Positions 1 through 9,564 are shown, numbered from the stretch's first letter. The stretch is DNA of 35,412 nucleotides from an uncultured Muribaculum sp. (GCA_947573015.1 CANPDS010000001.1:1-35412); one strand, 5' to 3'. Numbers and translations are program-made. The notes: a model not told the origin generated them from the letters alone.

Positions 1-41
1 CCAGCAGGGCACTTTATGCCAGAAAGTTGTTTCAAGCCAGA

Positions 42-596
42 TTATACGAGCATGCCTGAGGCAACGGACGATGCCACATCCTCGCCCATCGATTTAGCCA
101 CAATGGCAAATGCAAACAACAGTGCTGAAGACGGACCGTTGGAAGTTATCAGATTGCCGCTTACCACTACACGCATGTCGGCATAATTCGCCCCACCCTT
201 GATCAGATCGTCCTTAAACGACGGATAACATGTGGCATCCTGGCCACGTACCACACCAAGGGGAGCAAGCACTACGGCAGGAGCTGCACATATAGCAGCA
301 ATGTTGCCCTGCTTCATCCACTGCTTTTGGAGAGCATCACACAATTCACCACATGCCGCAAGATTGGTCGCACCGGGCATACCGCCTGGAGTTATAAGCC
401 ATTCGGCATCTGTAGTATCAATATCCGATATAATAGCATCTGCCACGACCTCTATGCCATTGGCGCCTTTTACTTTAAGATCCTTGGTGATCGACACCGT
501 CTTGACATCCATGCCAGCACGACGCATCACATCGACAACCGACAGGGCCTCGATTTCCTCAAAACCATCTGCCAGAAAAACATAACTTGTCTTCAT
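42..596 (-). CDS. thiJ: DJ-1/PfpI/ThiJ family protein (YajL-like deglycase/glyoxalase)
   Basis: 184 aa; FLADGFEEIEA, PGGMPGA, AAICAAP (catalytic Cys) and TSNGP motifs. Confidence 0.92.
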   Translation of the reverse strand: MKTSYVFLADGFEEIEALSVVDVMRRAGMDVKTVSITKDLKVKGANGIEVVADAIISDIDTTDAEWLITPGGMPGATNLAACGELCDALQKQWMKQGNIAAICAAPAVVLAPLGVVRGQDATCYPSFKDDLIKGGANYADMRVVVSGNLITSNGPSSALLFAFAIVAKSMGEDVASSVASGMLV

Positions 597-863
597 ACTT
601 GAATAATATTTATAGGTTATTATTAACTGATTTAGACTTATCTCAGAATGTTAAATTAATTCCATATATCGTCTACCGTAATAACGGGCTTATCAACACC
701 CATGTTTTAAACGGCATTTAAAAATTTGCTAATTTTATCTGGAGTTTGTCAAAAATCATGCATATCTGAAGCGTCATTAAACTATCTTTATCTAATATTC
801 AACCCATTTATATCATACACACATTATCTATCATATTTATTTGGTCAATTTACCCACATATCC

Positions 864-871
864 TATATTTG
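864..871 (+). promoter_or_regulatory. Bacteroidetes sigma-A -7 element (TATATTTG)
   Basis: Matches TAnnTTTG, about 55 nt upstream of the ATG at 926. Confidence 0.55.
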
Positions 872-925
872 CGAAAACAAGATACGACACCCGTACACTT
901 ACCCACCCTTTTATATCTGTCACCC

Positions 926-1309
926 ATGGAAAAAGAAAAGTTCCAGATCGAATTCGATTTCAAAAGTATCCCTCCCGCCTTGTTATGGTCATACATTGCC
1001 ACACCTTCAGGACTAAAGGAATGGTTTGCCGACGAAGTGTCGCTTCAAGGCAAACGTTTCACATTCAAATGGGAAGGCGGTGGAGAGCAATCGGCTTCAA
1101 TAGTGGCCCAACGCACCGAATCATCAATACGCATGCGGTGGACCAACGAGCCTATGCGCCAATACTTCGAGTTGAAAATCCTCACCAGCGAACTGACCGA
1201 CTCAACTTCGCTGATCATAACTGATTTTGCCGCGCCGGAAGATGTCACAGACCAGAAAGAATTGTGGACCTCACAAATCGATACACTGCGCCTGATACTG
1301 GGCTGCTGA
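926..1309 (+). CDS. START-like domain protein (SRPBCC superfamily, Bacteroidetes type)
   Basis: MEKEKFQIEF...LLWSYIATPSGLKEWFAD...LIITDFA...LWTSQIDTLR pattern; ATG at 926 preferred over the TTG at 869. Confidence 0.85.
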   Translation: MEKEKFQIEFDFKSIPPALLWSYIATPSGLKEWFADEVSLQGKRFTFKWEGGGEQSASIVAQRTESSIRMRWTNEPMRQYFELKILTSELTDSTSLIITDFAAPEDVTDQKELWTSQIDTLRLILGC

Positions 1310-1434
1310 TCTCCTTCCACCCATACAGAGAACCATCTTCCAAGCTATATTGTTATCTTATTACTCCCACGCGATTATTCAGTTTGGGAGCTATACAACT
1401 ATTTATTCAGTCATTTAGATAATACCACTATATT

Positions 1435-1617
1435 ATGGAAGATCGTCAACAACGCCGTTTCGAAGAGCGCCTTGCCCGTCACGACGAGGAAGAATACCAC
1501 CGCCAACTGGCCAACCGCCGTTATCGCTCAACTCAAGTATGGCTCTGGATCGGGGTCACCGTCTTAGTTGTGCTCCTGATGCTATGGCTTACCATTTTTG
1601 AATTCTGGCAGGCATAG
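1435..1617 (+). CDS. Small membrane protein (charged N-terminus, single C-terminal TM helix)
   Basis: 60 aa; ATG after AT-rich leader; hydrophobic VWLWIGVTVLVVLLMLWLTIF. Confidence 0.65.
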   Translation: MEDRQQRRFEERLARHDEEEYHRQLANRRYRSTQVWLWIGVTVLVVLLMLWLTIFEFWQA

Positions 1618-1656
1618 GCATTTTTCCACATCCAAAACCATCTAACAATTTACCAT

Positions 1657-1929
1657 ATGGGCAGTAGTCTTTGGATAGCATGGACGCTGATAGGCATAAT
1701 CGGCGGATTCATGGTAGGGAAACTCATACCCCACGTGCGCAACGTTACATTATCAGTATGCGTAGGGATATGCGGCGCACTCCTTGGTGGATTTTTATTC
1801 ACCATAATCTGTGGCGCCGGAAGTATCAAGATCGACGTACTGTCGCTCCTTGCATCCGCAGCCATATGCGGAGTGTTCCTATGGATAATGGCCATCGCAT
1901 TTCCACATCGAGATAACCACACTGATTAA
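1657..1929 (+). CDS. GlsB/YeaQ/YmgE (transglycosylase-associated) membrane protein
   Basis: 90 aa, three hydrophobic helices; IGIIGGF..GK and VGICGALLGGFL signature. Confidence 0.8.
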   Translation: MGSSLWIAWTLIGIIGGFMVGKLIPHVRNVTLSVCVGICGALLGGFLFTIICGAGSIKIDVLSLLASAAICGVFLWIMAIAFPHRDNHTD

Positions 1930-1991
1930 GAGTGCGGTTTGTGTTTAAGGCATAGCGTAATAGGGCACCATAATGCGACCCGGATACAACG

Positions 1992-2031
1992 AAGCCCCGC
2001 TTCACGACCAAAAATCGCGATGACGGGGCTT
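1992..2031. terminator. Hairpin between convergent genes (probable terminator)
   Basis: AAGCCCCG...CGGGGCTT inverted repeat between the GlsB-like gene and rplS. Confidence 0.55.
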
Positions 2032-2059
2032 TGATGCGTTTGGACAGAGCCAACAGTGA

Positions 2060-2413
2060 TTACTTCACTACGCGGCGCTCCTTGATACGGGCTTTCTTGC
2101 CAGTAAGGCCACGGAGGTAATAAAGTTTCGCACGGCGAACCTTACCATACTTGTTGACTACAATTGAGTCGATAAAAGGCGACTCGATAGGGAAGATACG
2201 CTCTACACCGATATTGTCGCTCATCTTGCGAACGGTGAAGCGCTTCTTGTTGCCCTCACCCGAGATGCGGATAACTACACCGCGATACTGCTGGATACGC
2301 TCTTTGTTACCCTCTTTGATTCGGTAAGCTACGGTGATGGTGTCACCGGGGCCAAACTCGGGATGCTGCTTGCCGGTAGCAAATGCTTCCTCGGCTACTT
2401 TAATTAAGTCCAT
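2060..2413 (-). CDS. rplS: 50S ribosomal protein L19
   Basis: MDLIK...[19 protein letters not shown]...[15 protein letters not shown]...[12 protein letters not shown]; true start ATG at 2413. Confidence 0.98.
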   Translation of the reverse strand: MDLIKVAEEAFATGKQHPEFGPGDTITVAYRIKEGNKERIQQYRGVVIRISGEGNKKRFTVRKMSDNIGVERIFPIESPFIDSIVVNKYGKVRRAKLYYLRGLTGKKARIKERRVVK

Positions 2414-2497
2414 TTTTAGTTCGTAATGAATTAATAATGTAAATATTACGCAATATAACGGGCTGCTTGTCCCACCAGAGATTGCGCTAAAACGGTG

Positions 2498-2505
2498 CAA
2501 AGGTA
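2498..2505 (-). promoter_or_regulatory. -7 promoter element of rplS (TACCTTTG)
   Basis: Reverse complement reads TACCTTTGCA, about 85 nt upstream of the rplS start. Confidence 0.7.
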
Positions 2506-2981
2506 GCAATAATCACCTGATCCGCAAAGTTTTCCGCAGATTATTTTACGCTTGCCATCAGAAAAAAATCAGATATTGATTGGCAAAATCATTGGCAATA
2601 CTTCCTACCAGAGCCTTACAGCATATTCAAAGGCGCCACGCATTTCCCCAGGTCAATCTTCCTCATATGCCACAATGAATTTAGCTCCGCCATGTGGATA
2701 TACTTAATTTGAGACAGACAGAATAGTTCATATGCAAATTATTTTAGAATTGCTCAATTTATATAAATGATCAACCTCAGTACACAAACACATATTTAAT
2801 ATTTATAAATATATATTTTCGTAAATTTAAAAACACATATTCCATATTTCCAAATATTTTAGCAATAATCACTTGCAAAATATCGCTTTTATCCAATAAA
2901 ATAACCATTACAGCCAATCCATCTATAACCCACTGTATCAAAAAAAATAGCATCGTGAAGATGCCGTACCATATATAACCA

Positions 2982-3028
2982 CAGTCGCCATGGTTGAAGA
3001 TAAACCAGATCCTCAACCATGGCGACTG
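2982..3028. terminator. Strong hairpin downstream of the GH78 gene
   Basis: 20-bp arms CAGTCGCCATGGTTGAAGAT / ATCCTCAACCATGGCGACTG with one mismatch. Confidence 0.7.
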
Positions 3029-3082
3029 CATTCGGTATACAATAGTTCGATAAAAACAACCTATTGCATTATAGTCAACCTC

Positions 3083-5344
3083 TTATTTCACATGGAAGGT
3101 GTAATCGCCGGGGCCAACGCGGTAGCATGAACGACCATCGACAGGACGCGAATCATCCGGTCGTGCACGCTTATCACTCACCTCAGTGCCTGACGGAAAA
3201 TATATCAGCGCCTCCGTACCCTCGGGCACTACGACATGGGTAGCGAGACCACCATCGGCAGAACGCTCGTATCCCGAAACTATATCACCGGCTACCGATG
3301 GCACAGTGATTGACGCATTGCCAAACAGAGCCGGATGCTGATCAACGGCAAACAGGCTGTAACCGGGAGCCAACGGCTGAACGCCCAGCAGATACTGACC
3401 GATCACCGTCACCGCCCCACCACTCCAGGCATGGTTGGTGGTGCCTCCGCCATACCCCTCTTTGCCTATACCCCACCCCTCGAACAGTGTAGTATAGTCG
3501 GGATTATCGACCATCGGACCAAAACGCTTGCGCGTACGCTCCATGGCATATTCGCCTTCGCCCATCATAAACAGAGCCTCCATCACATACTTCTCCATAT
3601 ACGGACTGGCATGTTCCTGCGTTTTAAGCACTTCGTATATGGCCAGATATCTCTCGCTCCCGGCAATGCCCGAGATCACAGCGAGAGCCTGCACACGATC
3701 GTCGGTCTCACCATGATATGCCGGATGCCGGTAGGCATATCCATTCCAGCACAGGTTGTAGCCCTCCTTTACCTCGGCCATAGTGCGACGGTAAGCGTCA
3801 GCCTCATCATGCCGTCCAAGTTCATCGGCCATACGCGATGCCGCATCAAGCGCCATATAGTGCCAACCGGCATATATCAGCCGCATATCGCGGTTGGTAC
3901 CCCAGTCACCCCAGTTCCATCCGCCCTTACGCAAGGCGGTAAGTCCCGTCTCGTCCTGACCCCAGAGCGACAGATAGCGCGCTACGGCAGGATACACTTC
4001 GGCGATTACCGTCTTGTCGCCTATATTCATATAGTAGTTCCAGAATCCATACAACCCAATCGAGGCGAGCATCTGGGCCGGAAGTTCATGCTTGTAGTTG
4101 CCGGGGATGGGCGACGACAAAGCCCCGTCAGGGTGTTGCCATGCGCACAATTCGCTTATTGCTTTGCGCATGAGCTTATGGGTGGATGGAGAATAGGTAT
4201 AGAACGCCTCGCCCATAAGCACCACTACGTCGCCCCACCATTGGGCACGCTCGCGGTCAGGACAGTCAAACCACGTATCGCGCATATTGACATATAGCGT
4301 GCGCATCGCCTTCTGCCAGAAACGCGTATAGAAGTCATCATCGCACTCAAACTTTCCGGCCACCTCGGTGTCATAGCCTGTCTCACGATACGATAGCCGA
4401 CTTACCGTCACATTCTCCGGAACGATCAGATATAGCCATTCGCCATTCATCCAGCCCAACGACTCATATTCCTGCCGTCCCTTCCGGGTGATATATTCGG
4501 CACGGATATTATCGGTGCCTCCGGCAAATGAATGATCGGTAAATATCGCTACCTTGCGTCCCCCCGTCGGGTCATCGATCACAAAGTGCGGCGTAAGCTG
4601 CATATTGTAGGGCAAGCGAGCCACTACAGTATCGTTTCCGGCACCGTCAGATCTGCGTTCAAACTCCACCGGCTTCATGCCAAAATCCTTCCATTGCGGA
4701 ATAGGTCGCGGCACCATGCGTCCCCATGGAGCATCGCCCCACTCTCCGATCTCCACCGACGGAGCAAGCCGCAAGACATCCTTATCCGATGCCGACAGCC
4801 CCTTGCGTGCGTCAAAACTGATGTTCGACTCCGCCAGACGATAGTTGGGAGTCACCCCTTCCATCGTGCCGTAAGCATCATATACCATGCTTTTCCATCC
4901 CGAATCAGTATTAAGCGCCTCGATCTGCGGTGAGCGCACTATCACAGCCGCCTTGCCGCTACCCAGGTGAGAGAAACCATCTTTCCCGAAATGCCATAGC
5001 AACAGCCGCATGCTGTTACCGCCCCGATGCAGATAACCGGATAGATCCACCACATCGTAATATGTCGCATCCGGGGCCGGTCCCCTTTTCAGTCCTCCTT
5101 CAAACACCACCGGCTTGTCATTGACCCAAAGCCAATACTTAGTGTCGGCGCCAATTTCCACCGTCACGTCGCTTGGCACTTTGGCGACATCCACATCTTT
5201 CTCAAAGAGAATCCATGTGTTCTGCCGGTCAACGCTATCCGCATCAGCGCTGATCCATTTAGCTTCAGCAGCCGACATCGACACCCCGGCGACAGCAATA
5301 GACACACACAGCATCACATTTCCTAAATAGCCTGCTTTTTCCAT
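3083..5344 (-). CDS. Glycoside hydrolase family 78 (alpha-L-rhamnosidase-like), secreted
   Basis: DCPDRERAQWWGD motif, TTLFEGW and NHAWSG C-terminal motifs, signal-peptide-like N-terminus; start uncertain (5353, 5344 or 5314). Confidence 0.88.
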   Translation of the reverse strand: MEKAGYLGNVMLCVSIAVAGVSMSAAEAKWISADADSVDRQNTWILFEKDVDVAKVPSDVTVEIGADTKYWLWVNDKPVVFEGGLKRGPAPDATYYDVVDLSGYLHRGGNSMRLLLWHFGKDGFSHLGSGKAAVIVRSPQIEALNTDSGWKSMVYDAYGTMEGVTPNYRLAESNISFDARKGLSASDKDVLRLAPSVEIGEWGDAPWGRMVPRPIPQWKDFGMKPVEFERRSDGAGNDTVVARLPYNMQLTPHFVIDDPTGGRKVAIFTDHSFAGGTDNIRAEYITRKGRQEYESLGWMNGEWLYLIVPENVTVSRLSYRETGYDTEVAGKFECDDDFYTRFWQKAMRTLYVNMRDTWFDCPDRERAQWWGDVVVLMGEAFYTYSPSTHKLMRKAISELCAWQHPDGALSSPIPGNYKHELPAQMLASIGLYGFWNYYMNIGDKTVIAEVYPAVARYLSLWGQDETGLTALRKGGWNWGDWGTNRDMRLIYAGWHYMALDAASRMADELGRHDEADAYRRTMAEVKEGYNLCWNGYAYRHPAYHGETDDRVQALAVISGIAGSERYLAIYEVLKTQEHASPYMEKYVMEALFMMGEGEYAMERTRKRFGPMVDNPDYTTLFEGWGIGKEGYGGGTTNHAWSGGAVTVIGQYLLGVQPLAPGYSLFAVDQHPALFGNASITVPSVAGDIVSGYERSADGGLATHVVVPEGTEALIYFPSGTEVSDKRARPDDSRPVDGRSCYRVGPGDYTFHVK

Positions 5345-5537
5345 TTCACACAAAAGGTTAGAAAATTTTCAGCCTAAGTTAATCATTTTACCATTATCGA
5401 CAATTATATTTTGAAAATTATTTCTTTCGCAACGAAACCAAACCAATGTCATATACTCTTTTTCATGTCATTCTTATATGATTTTAAACAAACTATTGTT
5501 TGAAATCTCAGCAAATTAATGTTTCTTTGCATGTGAT

Positions 5538-6830
5538 ATGGAGCGCCTGATGCAATACATATGGCAACACCGCCTGTGGCTGCCCGAGAATATGACCACC
5601 GCCGATGGCCGTCGCATACATGTGCTCGATCCCGGACGACTCAACACCGATGCCGGTCCCGACTTCTTCAATGCGAAAATCATAATCGGTGACCAGAAAT
5701 GGGCCGGAGATGTAGAGATACATGTGCGTGCATCTGACTGGCACCGCCACCATCATGACGGCGATCCGGCCTATGACTCCGTAATACTCCACGTAGTACG
5801 TCATGACGACACATCAATCGCCCGCAGCGACGGAAGCATCATACCTCAGCTACGCATGCCATGCGCGGCCAATTTTGACAGCTCTTATGCATCGCTCGTC
5901 AACGCAGCTCCCGCACCGGCTCTCCCTTGCGCCGATGAAATACGCTCGATAGAGAGCATATACCTACACAGCTGGATCGACAGTCTGGCATTCGAAAGGC
6001 TCCATGCTAAGGCCGACAGAATAATGCAGCTTCTTGACCATATGCATGGCGACTGGGAATCCGCCTGCTTCGTCACATTATCGCGTGCACTTGGATTCGG
6101 CATAAACGCCGACCCGTTCGAAAGGCTCGCCAAGAGCGTGCCACTGAGTGTAGTAGGCAAACATCACGACTCGATGCTGGCGATACAAGCAATCCTGTTC
6201 GGACAAGCCGCACTGATCCCCGCCGAAGCCAACGGTGACCGATACATCGAGATGCTGCAACGTGAATACACATTTCTATCACATAAATTCTCACTCACCC
6301 CACTTCAATCACCGGGATGGAAGATGGCCAGAATGCGCCCGGCCAACTTCCCTCACCGCCGCATCGCATTCTTAGCAGCCATACTTTTCGGAGGATTCAA
6401 ACTGATGAGCGCCATCACGGAAGCCACCTCCACAGAGCAGATGCTCAATATATTCAATGCGCCGCTGTCGGGGTACTGGGAGACACACTGCCATTTCGGC
6501 GCCACCACATCCCCACAGCCCACACAGCTCAGCCTGTCATCACGCCGCATTCTGGCAATAAACGTGGTGGCGCCCATACTATATGCATGGGGACTACACC
6601 ACAATATACCTGCATGTCAGGACTCCGCTATCTCCCTCCTGCAGGAACTACCTCCAGAATCCAACTCTATAATAGCAATGTTTGCCGCCATCGGCATAAA
6701 ATGCAATGACGCATTCACATCTCAGGCGCTCATACAGCTCCGACGCCAATACTGCGAGGCAAGAAAGTGCCTCTATTGCCGTATCGGACACCGCATGCTA
6801 TCGAAAAAAGCCATCGTATCAGAGCCATGA
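5538..6830 (+). CDS. DUF2851 family protein
   Basis: MERLMQYIWQH, GPDFFNA, GDVEIH..ASDW..H.H..D.AY..VILHVV, RPANFP and C-terminal C...KCLYCRIG. Confidence 0.88.
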   Translation: MERLMQYIWQHRLWLPENMTTADGRRIHVLDPGRLNTDAGPDFFNAKIIIGDQKWAGDVEIHVRASDWHRHHHDGDPAYDSVILHVVRHDDTSIARSDGSIIPQLRMPCAANFDSSYASLVNAAPAPALPCADEIRSIESIYLHSWIDSLAFERLHAKADRIMQLLDHMHGDWESACFVTLSRALGFGINADPFERLAKSVPLSVVGKHHDSMLAIQAILFGQAALIPAEANGDRYIEMLQREYTFLSHKFSLTPLQSPGWKMARMRPANFPHRRIAFLAAILFGGFKLMSAITEATSTEQMLNIFNAPLSGYWETHCHFGATTSPQPTQLSLSSRRILAINVVAPILYAWGLHHNIPACQDSAISLLQELPPESNSIIAMFAAIGIKCNDAFTSQALIQLRRQYCEARKCLYCRIGHRMLSKKAIVSEP

Positions 6831-6951
6831 TCGGGCTCGGATTGTGAAACCCAGTTCTTTTAGAGGATATTTAATCTTGTTTTAAGTTAAAATTAAGCCG
6901 GCCTCTAATCGCCCCCTTGTAACTTTGGGAAAAGTTATCATTTTAAACAAC

Positions 6952-7674
6952 ATGCATCGACACGTAAATATCCTCACCGCATTAGGACTGCTGGCCGGCT
7001 GTGTCATCCTTTCAGACAGACTGAGCGCAACAGAGCCATCCTCCACACATATCGAACGCGAATACATCGAATGGGCCGACATCTACATCCCCGGCGCAAA
7101 CAAAACAGACAAACCCCATGTGCTGTTGCTCGGAAATTCCATCACCAGAGGATACCATCCGGAGGTATCGACCATGCTCGAGGAGCGTGCATACGTAGGG
7201 CGCCTGTCCACATCCAAAAGCCTCGGCGATCCGGCTTATCTTGAAGAAGTGGAAAACGTACTTAAAAACACCACTTTCAGCATAATACACTTTAACAACG
7301 GCTTACACGGCATGAACTACTCCGACGAGGAATATGACCGTGCATTCCCCGAACTCATTGCACTGTTTAAGCGGTATGCACCAGATGCACGACTGATATG
7401 GGCCAACTGCACGCCAATATATAAGGACAAGGATATGACGGAGCTCCATCCAGATACCGAAAGAGGCGCGATCCGCAATAAAATCGCATTACGGCATGTG
7501 ACACCACGCGGCGTCGAGATCAACCCTCTCGACACACTCATGCTGGCACATCCGGAATATTATAAAGGTGGCGACGGCGCCCACCCAATCCCTGCCGGAT
7601 ACTCCGCTCTGGCACAACAGGTAGCGGAATTTTTGGTAAAATATCTTCCCGACCAGACATCTTCCAAAAAATAA
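6952..7674 (+). CDS. SGNH/GDSL hydrolase family esterase, secreted
   Basis: Block I LLGNSIT, block III FNNGLH, block V DGAHP; signal peptide; TAACTTTG promoter at 6920-6927. Confidence 0.85.
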   Translation: MHRHVNILTALGLLAGCVILSDRLSATEPSSTHIEREYIEWADIYIPGANKTDKPHVLLLGNSITRGYHPEVSTMLEERAYVGRLSTSKSLGDPAYLEEVENVLKNTTFSIIHFNNGLHGMNYSDEEYDRAFPELIALFKRYAPDARLIWANCTPIYKDKDMTELHPDTERGAIRNKIALRHVTPRGVEINPLDTLMLAHPEYYKGGDGAHPIPAGYSALAQQVAEFLVKYLPDQTSSKK

Positions 7675-7686
7675 AGACTTGTTTTA

Positions 7687-7849
7687 GAGTATGTTTGAAT
7701 TTAACCGATGTTTATAATTAGGAGAGAAAAACGAGCATATTCTGAGATTGAATGAATGAGTTATGGGGTGCCATAACGACTGAATGAAAGCTCGGAAGAT
7801 GCCGATTTTTCATTCTAAGAATTTCATTGAGTTAAATTCAAACATACTC
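7687..7849. mobile_element. Non-autonomous palindromic element (MITE/REPIN-like)
   Basis: Perfect 20-bp inverted repeat AGAGTATGTTTGAATTTAAC (7686-7705 and 7831-7850); TTA on both flanks; imperfectly palindromic interior; no ORF. Confidence 0.65.
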
Positions 7850-7984
7850 TTAGAGGGCATTTAATAAATGTCATCCCAATCGGTCCACAAACTCGATTTC
7901 TGCGCCCAAAACGCGACTTTTGAGCCGCATCTCCGCACTTTTTGCTTAATTTCTGTTAAAGAAGCAAGATTTTTTCCACAAAAT

Positions 7985-8015
7985 TTTGCCAAATAAAATC
8001 CAAGTGCTAATTTTG
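7985..8015 (+). promoter_or_regulatory. Complete Bacteroidetes promoter (-33 TTTG, -7 TAATTTTG)
   Basis: TTTG 7985-7988, 19-nt spacer, TAATTTTG 8008-8015. Confidence 0.75.
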
Positions 8016-8018
8016 CAT

Positions 8019-8084
8019 CAGTTTTTCATGGTATTAGATTTAAGGTAAAAAGATTATTCGTCGTGATGACGAGTAATTTTTTTT
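8019..8084 (+). ncRNA. Candidate small RNA (~65 nt) or terminated leader
   Basis: Lies between a consensus promoter and an intrinsic terminator (ATTATTCGTC-GTGAT-GACGAGTAAT followed by T8); single-stranded CATGGTATTAGATTTAAGGT 5' part. Confidence 0.6.
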
Positions 8085-8128
8085 GCCTTTATCTTAATGA
8101 ACTGATTTAAACTTATTCTATTTCCATC

Positions 8129-9364
8129 ATGTCAAACGACAAATCAGGAATATTCACTTATCATACTCTGCCAAACAATCTGCGCATGGTGCATCGGTTT
8201 TGCCCATCAGAAGTAGAGTATTGCGGGCTGTGCGTAATGGCCGGCAGCCGAAATGAAACCCAGGCCCAATACGGTCTGGCACACTTCGTGGAGCACACCA
8301 TCTTCAAAGGCACAGACCGACGCCGCGCATGGCACATCGCAAACCGCATGGAATCAGTGGGCGGAGAGATCAACGCATTTACTTCCGAGGAAGCCACTAC
8401 CATCTATTCATCCTTTCCTGCCGGCAATATGCCACGCGCCATCGAACTGATCGCCGACCTGGTAAGCCGAAGCCGTTTCCCTGTCAATGAAATCGACAGA
8501 GAGCGCGAAGTAGTGCTTGATGAAGTCGACTCTTATCTCGACTCACCGGCCGAGGCCATCTTCGACGACTTCAACGAACTGATATTTGCAGGCTCAGGAA
8601 TTGGCCACAACATACTCGGAACAGAGGCGACAATACGCACATTCACGCCACAGACCTGCCGCAACTTCCTTGATACCTTCTACACGCCGGGCAACATGGT
8701 GCTCTTCTACATGGGCCCCACAAAGCCACAACGTGTATTCTCGATAGCAGAGCGTCACCTCGGACACCTTGACCATCCCAATCCCGAAATAACGCGTATA
8801 ACACCCCCGGAGGTCGCACCATTCGACATATCGCGCAAACACGGAACCCACCAGTCGCACACAGTTATCGGAGCACGCATCCCGGGCATGTACGACGATA
8901 CAAAACGCACATATGCCCTGCTGACAAACATCGTAGGTGGCCCGTGCATGAATTCGCTATGCAACATAGCCCTGCGTGAACGCCGTGGATACGTCTACTC
9001 CGTCGATGCCTACACGTCGCTGTTCACCGATGCCGGACTATTCTCCATATATTTCGGCTGTGATGATGAGCATGTAAAAGCGTGCCGGCGCATAATATTT
9101 GATATACTCAGCCGCCTTGCCGACTCTCCGATGAAAGATCGCACTCTTGAGGCGGCAAAAAAACAATATATCGGCCAGACTATCGTGGCCGCCGACAACC
9201 GGGAACAGGTGGCTACATCGACAGGACGAGCACTGCTTTTCGACAACCATGTAGCTCAACCCGATGAAATCGTGGAGCGAATATCGTCGATCACAGCAGA
9301 AGAGCTTCGTATGGCTGCCGAAAGAATAGCCCCCGAACGATGTTCGGTGCTAACGTTCGGATAA
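8129..9364 (+). CDS. M16 family zinc metallopeptidase (insulinase/pitrilysin-like)
   Basis: GLAHFVEH (HxxEH), INAFTS, EREVVLDE, and LRERRGYVY R/Y pair. Confidence 0.93.
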   Translation: MSNDKSGIFTYHTLPNNLRMVHRFCPSEVEYCGLCVMAGSRNETQAQYGLAHFVEHTIFKGTDRRRAWHIANRMESVGGEINAFTSEEATTIYSSFPAGNMPRAIELIADLVSRSRFPVNEIDREREVVLDEVDSYLDSPAEAIFDDFNELIFAGSGIGHNILGTEATIRTFTPQTCRNFLDTFYTPGNMVLFYMGPTKPQRVFSIAERHLGHLDHPNPEITRITPPEVAPFDISRKHGTHQSHTVIGARIPGMYDDTKRTYALLTNIVGGPCMNSLCNIALRERRGYVYSVDAYTSLFTDAGLFSIYFGCDDEHVKACRRIIFDILSRLADSPMKDRTLEAAKKQYIGQTIVAADNREQVATSTGRALLFDNHVAQPDEIVERISSITAEELRMAAERIAPERCSVLTFG

Positions 9365-9564
9365 AAACAGCGTCCGGCATAAGATCCCGAAAAAAAATAC
9401 TTTTCCAGAAGCCTCCTGATCTCATACGTGAATTGCCATTTCAGCGCAATAATTGGCTTTTTGGGATAAAAAAACTATTTTTTGAACAAAAATAGCATCA
9501 TACTCCTCATTAACAATAGTACGTTTCACGCGAATAATTATTAACTTCGCATTATATCGTATAT

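Noticed and set aside
2414-2509. N-terminal extension of L19 in the ORF track
   Set aside because: Covers the promoter and leader; the L19 sequence begins at MDLIK (2413)
2777-3031. 84-aa hydrophobic minus-strand ORF
   Set aside because: Starts inside the terminator hairpin and runs through low-complexity AT-rich DNA; hydrophobicity is explained by composition
3335-4297. 320-aa plus-strand ORF and many other antisense ORFs in the track
   Set aside because: Shadow ORFs opposite well-supported genes, with no recognisable motifs
7126-7146. GNS instead of GDS in the SGNH block I motif
   Set aside because: The catalytic Ser and DxxH are intact, and GNS is a known variant, so it is not evidence of inactivation or novelty
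7686-7850. Possible CRISPR repeat or invertible promoter
   Set aside because: Only one inverted pair, no spacers or cas genes, no recombinase nearby, no TAnnTTTG seen inside, and the interior is itself palindromic
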